From a virus, in IMG/VR virus record IMGVR_UViG_3300020185_000014, positions 1-64,000 of that record: a stretch of 64,000 nucleotides of DNA. One strand, written 5' to 3'. This document shows, piece after piece, positions 7,349-15,454 of the stretch. Within the stretch, counting starts at the first letter, position 1. Every line of letters starts with the position of its first letter. The notes under the pieces are model-generated. The model worked only from the letters and a program-made list of their open reading frames with translations, was not told the DNA's origin and searched no databases. The translations under genes were made by a program, and so were the position numbers.

Positions 7349-8661
7349 CAGAAAAATGCCTCCAAGGTTGATGTTTGCGGGTGATACTCTTCGAGTAAGT
7401 CTTCGCCGCCGTTGGTTCTCAAGTAGTCGTACCATTCTTCGCTCTGCCACATCTTCGCAGTGACGCCATTAAACTTAGGATCAGACGAAGCGAGTCTCCT
7501 CGAAGTTACAAAATTGTATCGTTGTTGCTCATATTCCCAAGACCCCAAGTCGATCATGTTTTCTCTAAAATAACACACCAAAGAGATACGCTCCATATCC
7601 TCAACGGTTTTTCCTGCTGGGGGAATGATTTCTGTGTTACCATGGATGCCTTCGTGATTATTGATTAATAACACATCTCCTGGTCGAACATTAATCGCGA
7701 TGCGGTATTCCGGAAGAACTAGATATCCCCCCTCCCATTCTTTTTCTTTAGACACGACTGTTAAGTTTGAGAAACCTTCGGTCAAATCACCAGCGTCTCG
7801 ATGCGCTGCAGTTCTGAAGTTCTTATTAACAGTTATTGTAGTGAATGGCGTATTCTTACCGGCAACTCTAAATCTAGGGTCAATCTTATCAGCATAGGTT
7901 TCTTGGGCGGCATGCCGTGTCGGCATTAATTGAGAAAATTGCTCTGCGAGAGTCATCATAAAAGGAAAACATTTTTTATACAAATCAGGATTCTTTTCAG
8001 TGTATGACGTTGCTCGACCATATGGTATTCTTGGATACCGATCAAAGAAACCGGCGATGCCGGAATTAACAGCATTGGCATATGTCGTGTCAGAAATATA
8101 TTTCGTTTTTACATGGAGCGCATCTGCAGATGCCTCATCCGAGGGCATGGACTTCCACATCTCTACTTTATGATTGAAGAAATCCTCATAAGTGAAACCT
8201 TCGTCTGCAATTTTACTTCGCAACCAAACCATGCCTCTGGTAGATTCTACTGGATTTCTTTTATGCCTAAGTTCTATTTCTGTAATGGGATCATCGCCGA
8301 ATATGTTAATCTGATCATTAATAACACAATCAAGAATATCCCATTGTACTGCAGTAACCCAATCGCGATTGCCGAGTTTTCCTTGTTTCGGACCTGCCGC
8401 CATGCCTCTATTTTGAGTAGGTTGGGCAGCACTGACCAGACCCTCGTATGCCCAGAGTTGTTCTCGCGCCGAGAATACGTTTTTCCTGAACTTAAAGATA
8501 CATTCGCTTTCTGATAACTCGGAGTTATCTCCATCGAGCGCACCCACTTTATAAAAATCTACGTCATCTTCAATAAGAGTATCATAATGACTTTCGTCGA
8601 GATACTTACCAAGTAAGTTTGTACAATCGTGTTTGTGCGTGGCTACAATAACCTGCGTCAT
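7348..8661 (-). CDS. TET/JBP-family 2-oxoglutarate/Fe(II) 5-methylpyrimidine dioxygenase
   Basis: FTTITVNKNFRTAAHRDAGD (HxD), LLINNHEGIHGNT (distal His), ERISLVCYFRE (2OG-binding Arg). Confidence 0.88.
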   Translation of the reverse strand: MTQVIVATHKHDCTNLLGKYLDESHYDTLIEDDVDFYKVGALDGDNSELSESECIFKFRKNVFSAREQLWAYEGLVSAAQPTQNRGMAAGPKQGKLGNRDWVTAVQWDILDCVINDQINIFGDDPITEIELRHKRNPVESTRGMVWLRSKIADEGFTYEDFFNHKVEMWKSMPSDEASADALHVKTKYISDTTYANAVNSGIAGFFDRYPRIPYGRATSYTEKNPDLYKKCFPFMMTLAEQFSQLMPTRHAAQETYADKIDPRFRVAGKNTPFTTITVNKNFRTAAHRDAGDLTEGFSNLTVVSKEKEWEGGYLVLPEYRIAINVRPGDVLLINNHEGIHGNTEIIPPAGKTVEDMERISLVCYFRENMIDLGSWEYEQQRYNFVTSRRLASSDPKFNGVTAKMWQSEEWYDYLRTNGGEDLLEEYHPQTSTLEAFF

Positions 8662-8673
8662 TATGTATGCTCC

Positions 8674-10380
8674 TCAAGCGATTTTGCTAAAATTCTTTTG
8701 CTTCGTGAATTGGATTGTGTTTTCAAAGTGTTCTCCCATCACGTCACCTTTGTGAGAGATGACATAGACATTTGTATCATTACCTAAAGTATCTAATATT
8801 TTTATCAAATTGTCAACCCCATCAGCGTCTAAAGATGAGTCAAAGGTTTCGTCTAAGATTAGGAGGTTTGTGGCAACGCTGTTTTTCATCTTAGCGATCA
8901 TGCGCCAAGTGAATAACAACGAAAGGTCGATTCGCTGCTTCTCGCCTTCTGAAAACGAATCATAACTAAACGCATCGCGGTGTCGAGAACGAATAGTTTC
9001 TTTGAATGCTTCGTCAAGGTCGAAGTGGACGTAGAAGTCCAGAACCTGTAGATATTGGTTGGTGAGTTTATTAATGACGGGAAGATACTGCTTAATGATT
9101 TTAGTTTTAATCCCAGTGTCTTTAAGTAACTCAGTTATGACATTATTGTATTCTCGTTGCTCTGCGAGCGCGAGGCGTTCTTCCGTGAGAGAGCATTTCG
9201 CACTTTCTTCACGTAGTAAAGTATCTCGTGCTTCTTGCACGCTATGTACACCTGTTTGGAGTTCGGATAACTCACTCTGTAAAGAATCAATTCTTCTTTG
9301 GCTCCAGACAATCTTTTCTTTGGTTGTTCTGATTTCATTAAGTTTTTCAGTTTCGATATCAATCGCATCTTGTAGGGTGTCCTTTGCGTTATCTAACTCA
9401 CAGATTTTATGTTGGGCGGCAAGTTTCGCTTCGCCGAGTTCGTCACACTTGTGCTTGGCGTTCTGTACCTTATCCAATCGGAAGGAGGTTTCGATGGTCT
9501 GTTGACAGGTTGGACAGTCGTCGTTATCTTCATAGAATACTATTTCTTTTTTAGTTGCTTTTTGTTTTGACTCGAATTGAAAAACGTATTTTCCTATCTC
9601 TTGCATTTTAACATCGAGGGCGCGTTGTTTAGTCTGCAGATCAAGTAGAATATCGTCTTCCCATTCGGTCAACTGGGCGTTAAGGCGGGCCAACTCTGAC
9701 TTATGCTCGTCAAGTTCAGTTTCCTTTTCTTTACGAGCGGTGTCAGAGATTTTAGTTAATTCGCGGATGTGTTTTTTCTGCGAATCAATTTTAGTTTCCG
9801 TCAACTCTACTTGATGTAAATTATCTCTAATCTTATCTTTTAGGTTGGCGGTCTTTTCTTTAAGTAACGAGTTCATCTTTGAGAACACATTGATATCTAG
9901 TAGATCTTCAATGACGTCTCGCCGGTGCTGGGCGGGTAGTTGCATGAAAGGAACAAAACTGCTACTGCCCAGCACTACGATCTGATGAAATGATTTGTGA
10001 TTCAGTTTTAAAATATTTTGTTCGAGGATCTTCTGATACTCTTTGGCATGAGAAGATTGATTGACCATATTCCCGTCAGTATAGATTTCAAAGAGGTTCG
10101 GTTTCAACCCCCTGACGATTCTGAAATGCTGATCGTATGCATCAAACTCAACCTCAACAACACAATCTTTATCGTTGATCGTGTTAATCAATTGCGGTTT
10201 ATTGATATTTCTATGCGCCTTACCGAACAATGCAAAAGAAAGCGCATCAAGTAAAGTAGATTTACCAGCGCCGTTTTGTCCAACAATCAAATTAGTTTTG
10301 AAGTCTGTTAGGTTTATCTTGGTGAAACAATCACCGGTGGATAGAAAATTCTTATATTTTAAAGTCTTAAATGTAATCAC
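8674..10380 (-). CDS. gp46: Recombination endonuclease subunit gp46 (Rad50/SbcC-like)
   Basis: GQNGAGKST, CPTC zinc hook, FSEGEKQRIDL signature, LILDETFDSSLD. Confidence 0.97.
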   Translation of the reverse strand: MITFKTLKYKNFLSTGDCFTKINLTDFKTNLIVGQNGAGKSTLLDALSFALFGKAHRNINKPQLINTINDKDCVVEVEFDAYDQHFRIVRGLKPNLFEIYTDGNMVNQSSHAKEYQKILEQNILKLNHKSFHQIVVLGSSSFVPFMQLPAQHRRDVIEDLLDINVFSKMNSLLKEKTANLKDKIRDNLHQVELTETKIDSQKKHIRELTKISDTARKEKETELDEHKSELARLNAQLTEWEDDILLDLQTKQRALDVKMQEIGKYVFQFESKQKATKKEIVFYEDNDDCPTCQQTIETSFRLDKVQNAKHKCDELGEAKLAAQHKICELDNAKDTLQDAIDIETEKLNEIRTTKEKIVWSQRRIDSLQSELSELQTGVHSVQEARDTLLREESAKCSLTEERLALAEQREYNNVITELLKDTGIKTKIIKQYLPVINKLTNQYLQVLDFYVHFDLDEAFKETIRSRHRDAFSYDSFSEGEKQRIDLSLLFTWRMIAKMKNSVATNLLILDETFDSSLDADGVDNLIKILDTLGNDTNVYVISHKGDVMGEHFENTIQFTKQKNFSKIA

Positions 10381-11447
10381 GCTATTTCCATTGTCTGTGC
10401 TTCGACCATCAGGTCACGAACTAACGATTTCAATTTGTTTTTATCTAGATCAGTTTCTACTGCATCTATGTAAGTATATAATAATTTGTCGGTGTTTTCA
10501 ACCGAAACTTTATCATCAGATACACTCGCCCCCAAGAACTCTGAAAAGTCTTCGGCGATCTGTAACCCATGAACTTTCCTTGCATTGATCCGATCAACAA
10601 ACTTTTCAAACTCAATGGGTTTTGATTTGTTCATAACGACGACCTTAACAAATTTCTTGTCAAGATAAGCAAGGTTCTGCGTCGCGAGTTTCTTGAAATT
10701 CTCAGAAGTATCGTCGTAATATATTTTTTCAAATACCGTTTGTGGATTATGTATCGGCGTCAACACCCGAGATTCTGTATCGAGAACGTGAAAATATTTT
10801 CTGTCGTCACAATCATTCCAGAAAAATTCCATCTGCGAACCGAGATAATGAATATTATCTTGTGATGATTTCGTATGGAAATGCCCAGAGAGTACCATCT
10901 CAAAACGATCGAACAAAGATTTATCCATCCCTTCCGCGCAAAGAACGCCGGACTGCATTTCAAACCCTTGCAGTTCTAGGTGCGCGCCGACAATATCCGC
11001 CTTGCATTTTTTAATAAAATCAACAGTTTTAGTTTCGTTTTCCGAGTTGATCCATGGGATGAGGGCAATTTTCATACCGTCATATTCAACCACAGAAGGT
11101 TTTTCGATAATGCGAACTTCAGACATGTAATGACCGAGAAGTTCTTTAAGGGCATTTAACTGATTGGTGTTCTTATAGTAAACGTCATGATTGCCTGGTA
11201 TAATATCCATATGAATATTACGATCCCTAAGAACGTCAAGGAATATCCGACGATTGTGATTAAGTGCTTTAAAATTGATCGATGTACGACTTTCATAATA
11301 ATCACCCAGATGTAAAACTTTTTTAATATTATGTTCTTCCAAATAAGGAAAGAAAACATCACGATAAAACTGCTCTTGGTAATCCATAAAGATTTCAGAA
11401 GAGTTTCTAACACCACAGTGAGTGTCGTTCAAGATTGCGATTTTCAT
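10377..11447 (-). CDS. gp47: Recombination endonuclease subunit gp47 (Mre11/SbcD-like)
   Basis: Metallophosphoesterase motifs DTH, LGD, GNHD, SGHFH. Confidence 0.96.
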   Translation of the reverse strand: MKIAILNDTHCGVRNSSEIFMDYQEQFYRDVFFPYLEEHNIKKVLHLGDYYESRTSINFKALNHNRRIFLDVLRDRNIHMDIIPGNHDVYYKNTNQLNALKELLGHYMSEVRIIEKPSVVEYDGMKIALIPWINSENETKTVDFIKKCKADIVGAHLELQGFEMQSGVLCAEGMDKSLFDRFEMVLSGHFHTKSSQDNIHYLGSQMEFFWNDCDDRKYFHVLDTESRVLTPIHNPQTVFEKIYYDDTSENFKKLATQNLAYLDKKFVKVVVMNKSKPIEFEKFVDRINARKVHGLQIAEDFSEFLGASVSDDKVSVENTDKLLYTYIDAVETDLDKNKLKSLVRDLMVEAQTMEIA

Positions 11448-11448
11448 A

Positions 11449-12051
11449 TTATTCCATAAATTTAGTTAAGTCTGAATCAACTGTAATAGTTCTCTTTTTC
11501 CTTTTAGTTTGTTTGCCGTATTCCGAAACTTTGCTGTCGTTATCTTTAACCAAGTCAATGCGCAATCTAAGTTCATCAACAAACGCTTGAGTCTTTTGAT
11601 GAGCATAAGAATTGTCGCCTTCTTCTTCGACAAGAAACTCTAGACCAGACTCAAACAAATATTTGAGTTTGATATCTTGTTGCTTCTTTTCCTTTTCGAT
11701 CCTGCGAAGAAAGGCATACCAAGATATTTGAGTGAAGTATGCGAATGCATTTGGTTTGCCTGTTCTGGTTGCAGTTTCTAGATTATAGTTTTCAATTGCT
11801 TTCAAACAATTCTCAACGGCATCCATAACCATTTCTTCTCGATAAGTGTACCGAACAAAATTAGACTTATGCGATAAACCTTCAGCAATCTTTAAGAAGC
11901 ATTGAGCGACATAGTTGGGAACCTTGGGCGCTACATTACCTGCGGCGACCTGTTCGCGCTTATGCGATACGTATGCAACAACTGCAGCAGAAAACTCTGC
12001 ATTGTTCACATAATGTGGTTTTTCTTTGGGTTTTAGTTTCTTCTCAGACAT
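11449..12051 (-). CDS. gp55: Late-transcription sigma factor gp55
   Basis: HYVNNAEF, FLKIAEGLSHKSNFVRYTYREEMVMDAVENCL, NAFAYFTQI. Confidence 0.96.
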   Translation of the reverse strand: MSEKKLKPKEKPHYVNNAEFSAAVVAYVSHKREQVAAGNVAPKVPNYVAQCFLKIAEGLSHKSNFVRYTYREEMVMDAVENCLKAIENYNLETATRTGKPNAFAYFTQISWYAFLRRIEKEKKQQDIKLKYLFESGLEFLVEEEGDNSYAHQKTQAFVDELRLRIDLVKDNDSKVSEYGKQTKRKKRTITVDSDLTKFME

Positions 12052-12088
12052 ATCTAAACGCTCATTAATTAATTTAAACTATAGAGAT

Positions 12089-12151
12089 ATATTATAGTAT
12101 TTTTAACAGGAAAGCAAGGGGGTTGCTTTTTTCTTAAAACTTTAGTAAAAT
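12089..12151. promoter_or_regulatory. Back-to-back promoter-like elements around the palindrome AAAGCAA-GGGGG-TTGCTTT
   Basis: Minus strand: TTGCTT-N17-TAATAT (or N15-TATAAT) toward gp55. Plus strand: TTGCTT-N17-TAAAAT at 12123-12151. Confidence 0.5.
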
Positions 12152-12190
12152 AAAGCTTATCTCATCAGAGGAGTGTAGAATACATTTATT

Positions 12191-12631
12191 TCAGTGAACA
12201 GGAAATTTAATAATATTATTACTATCAGAATCTAACCCTGCCTCATACTCTTCTTCTTCAAATATTTCTTTTAATGAATTTGCAATATCAGCAAACTTTC
12301 TTTGTTGAGAATTCATGTGTTCATTTCTTCTTTCTGTTGAAGTTAAATGCATTTCAACAATAGCGCGTTGATACTGTTCTAGTAATATCGGGTTCGGACT
12401 AACAATCGCAATAACGTGTCCGCTATTAATCATCACCAGTTCTTGCCTCGATTCTATATAATGCAACCAAGGTTTGAACACATAAACTTTTTCTTGTAAA
12501 GAAGTCATCGACGGGGCGATTGTCATAATATCCCGAACAATAATTTCTTGCTGACCTTCTTCGATCCATTCAATAACTTCACAAATAATTTCTTCGCCAC
12601 TAGTTAATTTAAACTGTTTGAAATCATACAT
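12191..12631 (-). CDS. Conserved hypothetical protein downstream of uvsW (Sm-like fold likely)
   Basis: FKLTSGEEIICEV...FKPW; C-terminal DSDSNNIIKFP. Confidence 0.75.
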   Translation of the reverse strand: MYDFKQFKLTSGEEIICEVIEWIEEGQQEIIVRDIMTIAPSMTSLQEKVYVFKPWLHYIESRQELVMINSGHVIAIVSPNPILLEQYQRAIVEMHLTSTERRNEHMNSQQRKFADIANSLKEIFEEEEYEAGLDSDSNNIIKFPVH

Positions 12632-12632
12632 A

Positions 12633-14111
12633 TTATATTTTCACTTTTGTAACGCGATAAGGAAACTTCTCATTATTATATATCTTTGTTCTTTCGAAGC
12701 AATGCAGCAAGGTAAAATTTTTATTCGAATTGAAATGTAAATCATCAGCGATATCAAATAACTTGGTATCCCTGTGGTCATCACTCATTCGTAATCCTCT
12801 ACCGATCGATTGGAGTACGCGGATCTGTGACTTACTAGGAGAAGCAAATATAATGTTATGAATGTTCCGAATATTAATGCCAGTGGAGAAAGTCCCCAAA
12901 CTAGCAAGGATAATAGAATTTGTTTGCTTCTCAATAATACCACGGACTGCTTCCCGCTCGGTAGTTTTAGTCTCACCGGAAACATAAAATAGTTTCCGAT
13001 CATCTTCGATACCGTCTTCAATTAAATCTCTTAAGACTTTACCATGTTTTTCTACTAAATTAAAAAGAACCAACGTATTACCATCTAATGATAACGCAAG
13101 GTTCCGAATAAACTTATTGCGAGGTTCATATGAAACTAAAAAGTCAATTTCCTCTTGATAGGTATTACCTACATGTTCTTCGCAGGTCTTAGTATCATAT
13201 TCTAGCAATACAATATCTATATCTAATTTAGCTAAGGTTTTTTCTTCCTGAAGTTTAGCAGTCGTGGTAACCTTATGAACTAGTCCAAACAACCCCTCGA
13301 GCACCAACTTATTAACCTGCGTCCCGTCCAGGGTTCCGGTTGTTCCGAATCGATATTCAGCGTTGACGCATTTGTTCATAATGGTTGACAAAGATTTCGC
13401 TTTAAACCCGTGGCACTCGTCGCCGAATACAATGCCGAATTGCTCAAACCATTTTGGACCAAGTCTGTGTATTGATTGCCAAGTGCTGATTATAATCTTT
13501 TTACTTGTTTCCTTATCTTTACCCGAGTAAATGATATGGCAGTTCGTTTCCGAATCAAAACCATAAGAGGCAAAATCAGAAAACATCTGTTGGACCAAAC
13601 TAGTTGTCGGCACAACGATCAACGCCGATTGATCATAATTATCTAGATACCACCTAAGAAGAAGATAGATGATAAAAGATTTACCGGACCCTGTCGGCGA
13701 AACAAGAACACATCTTTTGTTTTCAATGCCATGCGTCACCGCGTCATATTGATAGTCCCTTGGTAAGAAAGGTATATTCTCAATCTTAGAAATCCATTTA
13801 AGAGTTTCCATGTGATTGATGGTATTTCTTTGATTGGGCGCGCCGAATTCAGAGTTAATGATTTGTACACCATACCCCCTGTCCTGAGCAAACTTTCTGA
13901 TTCTAAAATATAACCCTGCATTGATTTCTCCAGTCATACGATTCAGCATATGTATCTGACCGTCCCAAACTTTTTTTCTATATGCCGGCATAAACTTATA
14001 ACCGTCCACGTAAAAAGAAAATGCATCATAGAGTTCTTGCGCAATATGAGGCGAACACTCGACCAATTGCATCATGCTATAATTGTTCAACTTGAGTTTG
14101 ATCGTTTCCAA
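12633..14111 (-). CDS. uvsW: SF2 DNA helicase UvsW
   Basis: SPTGSGKS, DECH, GTTGT, LQSIGRGLR; TTG start. Confidence 0.96.
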   Translation of the reverse strand: METIKLKLNNYSMMQLVECSPHIAQELYDAFSFYVDGYKFMPAYRKKVWDGQIHMLNRMTGEINAGLYFRIRKFAQDRGYGVQIINSEFGAPNQRNTINHMETLKWISKIENIPFLPRDYQYDAVTHGIENKRCVLVSPTGSGKSFIIYLLLRWYLDNYDQSALIVVPTTSLVQQMFSDFASYGFDSETNCHIIYSGKDKETSKKIIISTWQSIHRLGPKWFEQFGIVFGDECHGFKAKSLSTIMNKCVNAEYRFGTTGTLDGTQVNKLVLEGLFGLVHKVTTTAKLQEEKTLAKLDIDIVLLEYDTKTCEEHVGNTYQEEIDFLVSYEPRNKFIRNLALSLDGNTLVLFNLVEKHGKVLRDLIEDGIEDDRKLFYVSGETKTTEREAVRGIIEKQTNSIILASLGTFSTGINIRNIHNIIFASPSKSQIRVLQSIGRGLRMSDDHRDTKLFDIADDLHFNSNKNFTLLHCFERTKIYNNEKFPYRVTKVKI

Positions 14112-14112
14112 T

Positions 14113-14262
14113 CTAGGTTTCTCTCATTTTATAAAAATCATATAATTTTACATACCAAGTAAATACGATGGGGTTTTGCTCATAGTTCGGTAGATTGGGA
14201 AAAGTCTTAATCAACTCTTTATGAATTTCGCTACCGGATAATTTTTTCAAATCTTGTTTCAT
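14113..14262 (-). CDS. Small hypothetical protein (49 aa) between uvsY and uvsW
   Basis: Hand translation MKQDLKKLSGSEIHKELIKTFPNLPNYEQNPIVFTWYVKLYDFYKMRET. TAATG overlap with the uvsY stop; fills the gap exactly. Confidence 0.7.
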   Translation of the reverse strand: MKQDLKKLSGSEIHKELIKTFPNLPNYEQNPIVFTWYVKLYDFYKMRET

Positions 14263-14708
14263 TAAAATCCTGCTTCAAACTTCTTCCATTCGATCATATT
14301 CTTAATTGTCGAGTGGCGCCATTTGAGGTTATCTAATATTTCCTTAAGAGTATCTATCACTGATTTAAGATACTGGATCTTCGCTTCGGACGCTTGCAGT
14401 TCAGGGTCTGCCTCGACGTAATGTTCCATATCTCCCTTGAGAATTTTTAACCCGTCGAATGGATCAGGATCCCAACCGAGTTCTACTACTTCTTCTTGAG
14501 ACATTTTCCCGTTGTACCACAACCACTTCAACTTCATCAAATCTTTTTGCTTGAATTCATATTGCTTTAATTTCAGTTTAGTTTCTGACATCATCGTCAG
14601 ATATTTGGCGTGCAGTTCCGGCGTCTTTCTAGAAGACTCGTCGGGAAAGGATGGGTCAATAATACAGTCGACTTTCCAATCAGAAAGTATTTCTTGTAAA
14701 TCTATCAT
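14262..14708 (-). CDS. uvsY: Recombination mediator UvsY
   Basis: WKVDCIID...PELHAKYL...KWLWYNGK...IKNMIEWKKFEAG. Confidence 0.93.
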   Translation of the reverse strand: MIDLQEILSDWKVDCIIDPSFPDESSRKTPELHAKYLTMMSETKLKLKQYEFKQKDLMKLKWLWYNGKMSQEEVVELGWDPDPFDGLKILKGDMEHYVEADPELQASEAKIQYLKSVIDTLKEILDNLKWRHSTIKNMIEWKKFEAGF

Positions 14709-14733
14709 AATGTATACCTTTTGAAATAGAGGT

Positions 14734-14762
14734 ATTATACTAAATTATTTCAAAATAGTCAA
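14734..14762 (-). promoter_or_regulatory. Strong sigma70-type promoter for uvsY-uvsW
   Basis: TTGACT-N17-TATAAT on the minus strand. Confidence 0.75.
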
Positions 14763-15225
14763 ATCTAAACCCAACTGGAAAGGTGATATACTCACCGTCG
14801 CTGATTGCGCTAAATTCTATATCACCAAGAGATGTCGGGAGGGCGTTGTAATATTTTATCTTTCGATTAGGGTTGTTGTGGCTAGTGAAAATTTCCACTA
14901 CGATATCAGCGTATGATGACTCTTCTTCTTGATAAGGAGTTAACCTGTGTTGCAATTCGGTTATGTCGGTGAACCATTTAAAGATTTCTGCATAGGACTT
15001 CATATCTTCGTCCATCAATACATCTAGGATCAATTCTGAGTTGACCATCTTTCCGCCGATGAACGCAACGCTGGTTAATCTTTTATGCGGCACTTCGGTC
15101 GACGTTACTTCGACGGAAGGGTGCTGAACCCTCTGAACGAAGTATGTGAAATGCTCGAGTTTGCTTTTATTGATTACTACCTTAAACCCATTGGGCGAAA
15201 GGTTATTTAAATTGTCAATTGCCAT
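14740..15225 (-). CDS. gp3: Tail completion/tube terminator gp3
   Basis: NNLSPNGFK...YFVQRVQHP...YNALPTSLGDIEF. Lies after gp23. Start set at ATG 15225, downstream of the late promoter. Confidence 0.82.
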   Translation of the reverse strand: MAIDNLNNLSPNGFKVVINKSKLEHFTYFVQRVQHPSVEVTSTEVPHKRLTSVAFIGGKMVNSELILDVLMDEDMKSYAEIFKWFTDITELQHRLTPYQEEESSYADIVVEIFTSHNNPNRKIKYYNALPTSLGDIEFSAISDGEYITFPVGFRFDYFEII

Positions 15226-15248
15226 GGAAATGCCTTCATTTAAAGTAT

Positions 15249-15256
15249 TATTTATA
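15249..15256 (-). promoter_or_regulatory. T4-type late promoter (gp3)
   Basis: TATAAATA on the minus strand. Confidence 0.75.
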
Positions 15257-15272
15257 TGCAATAAATAAACGC

Positions 15273-15416
15273 ATGAACGAGAATGAACTAGAAATTTTTA
15301 TATCTGTACGAGTTGACCAGTTAATCAAAGATGGATATATCGACCCTACGCGGCGAGAAGAAATCGAGAAAAAGATGTTCGAGGCAAAAAAAAAGGAGAC
15401 CGAAGTCTCCTTTTAA
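15273..15416 (+). CDS. Small hypothetical protein (47 aa), the only plausible plus-strand gene
   Basis: MNENELEIFISVRVDQLIKDGYIDPTRREEIEKKMFE; fills the gp23-gp3 gap; ATAAATA just upstream. Confidence 0.45.
   Translation: MNENELEIFISVRVDQLIKDGYIDPTRREEIEKKMFEAKKKETEVSF
15386..15414 (-). terminator. Intrinsic terminator of gp23 (probably bidirectional)
   Basis: AAAAGGAGAC-TTCG-GTCTCC followed by T9; C(UUCG)G tetraloop. Confidence 0.9.
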
Positions 15417-15454
15417 AATGATCTCTAAGAGATTCTTTTTTATTATTACAGATA

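Noticed and set aside
7349-7450. 34-aa N-terminal extension of GalE in the ORF track
   Set aside because: It overlaps the end of the TET gene. The Rossmann motif, RBS and TGATG coupling all point to ATG 7348.
3934-8661. C5-cytosine methyltransferase or dCMP hydroxymethylase within the cassette
   Set aside because: No ORF shows the FxGxG/PC/ENV methyltransferase motifs or thymidylate-synthase-like motifs.
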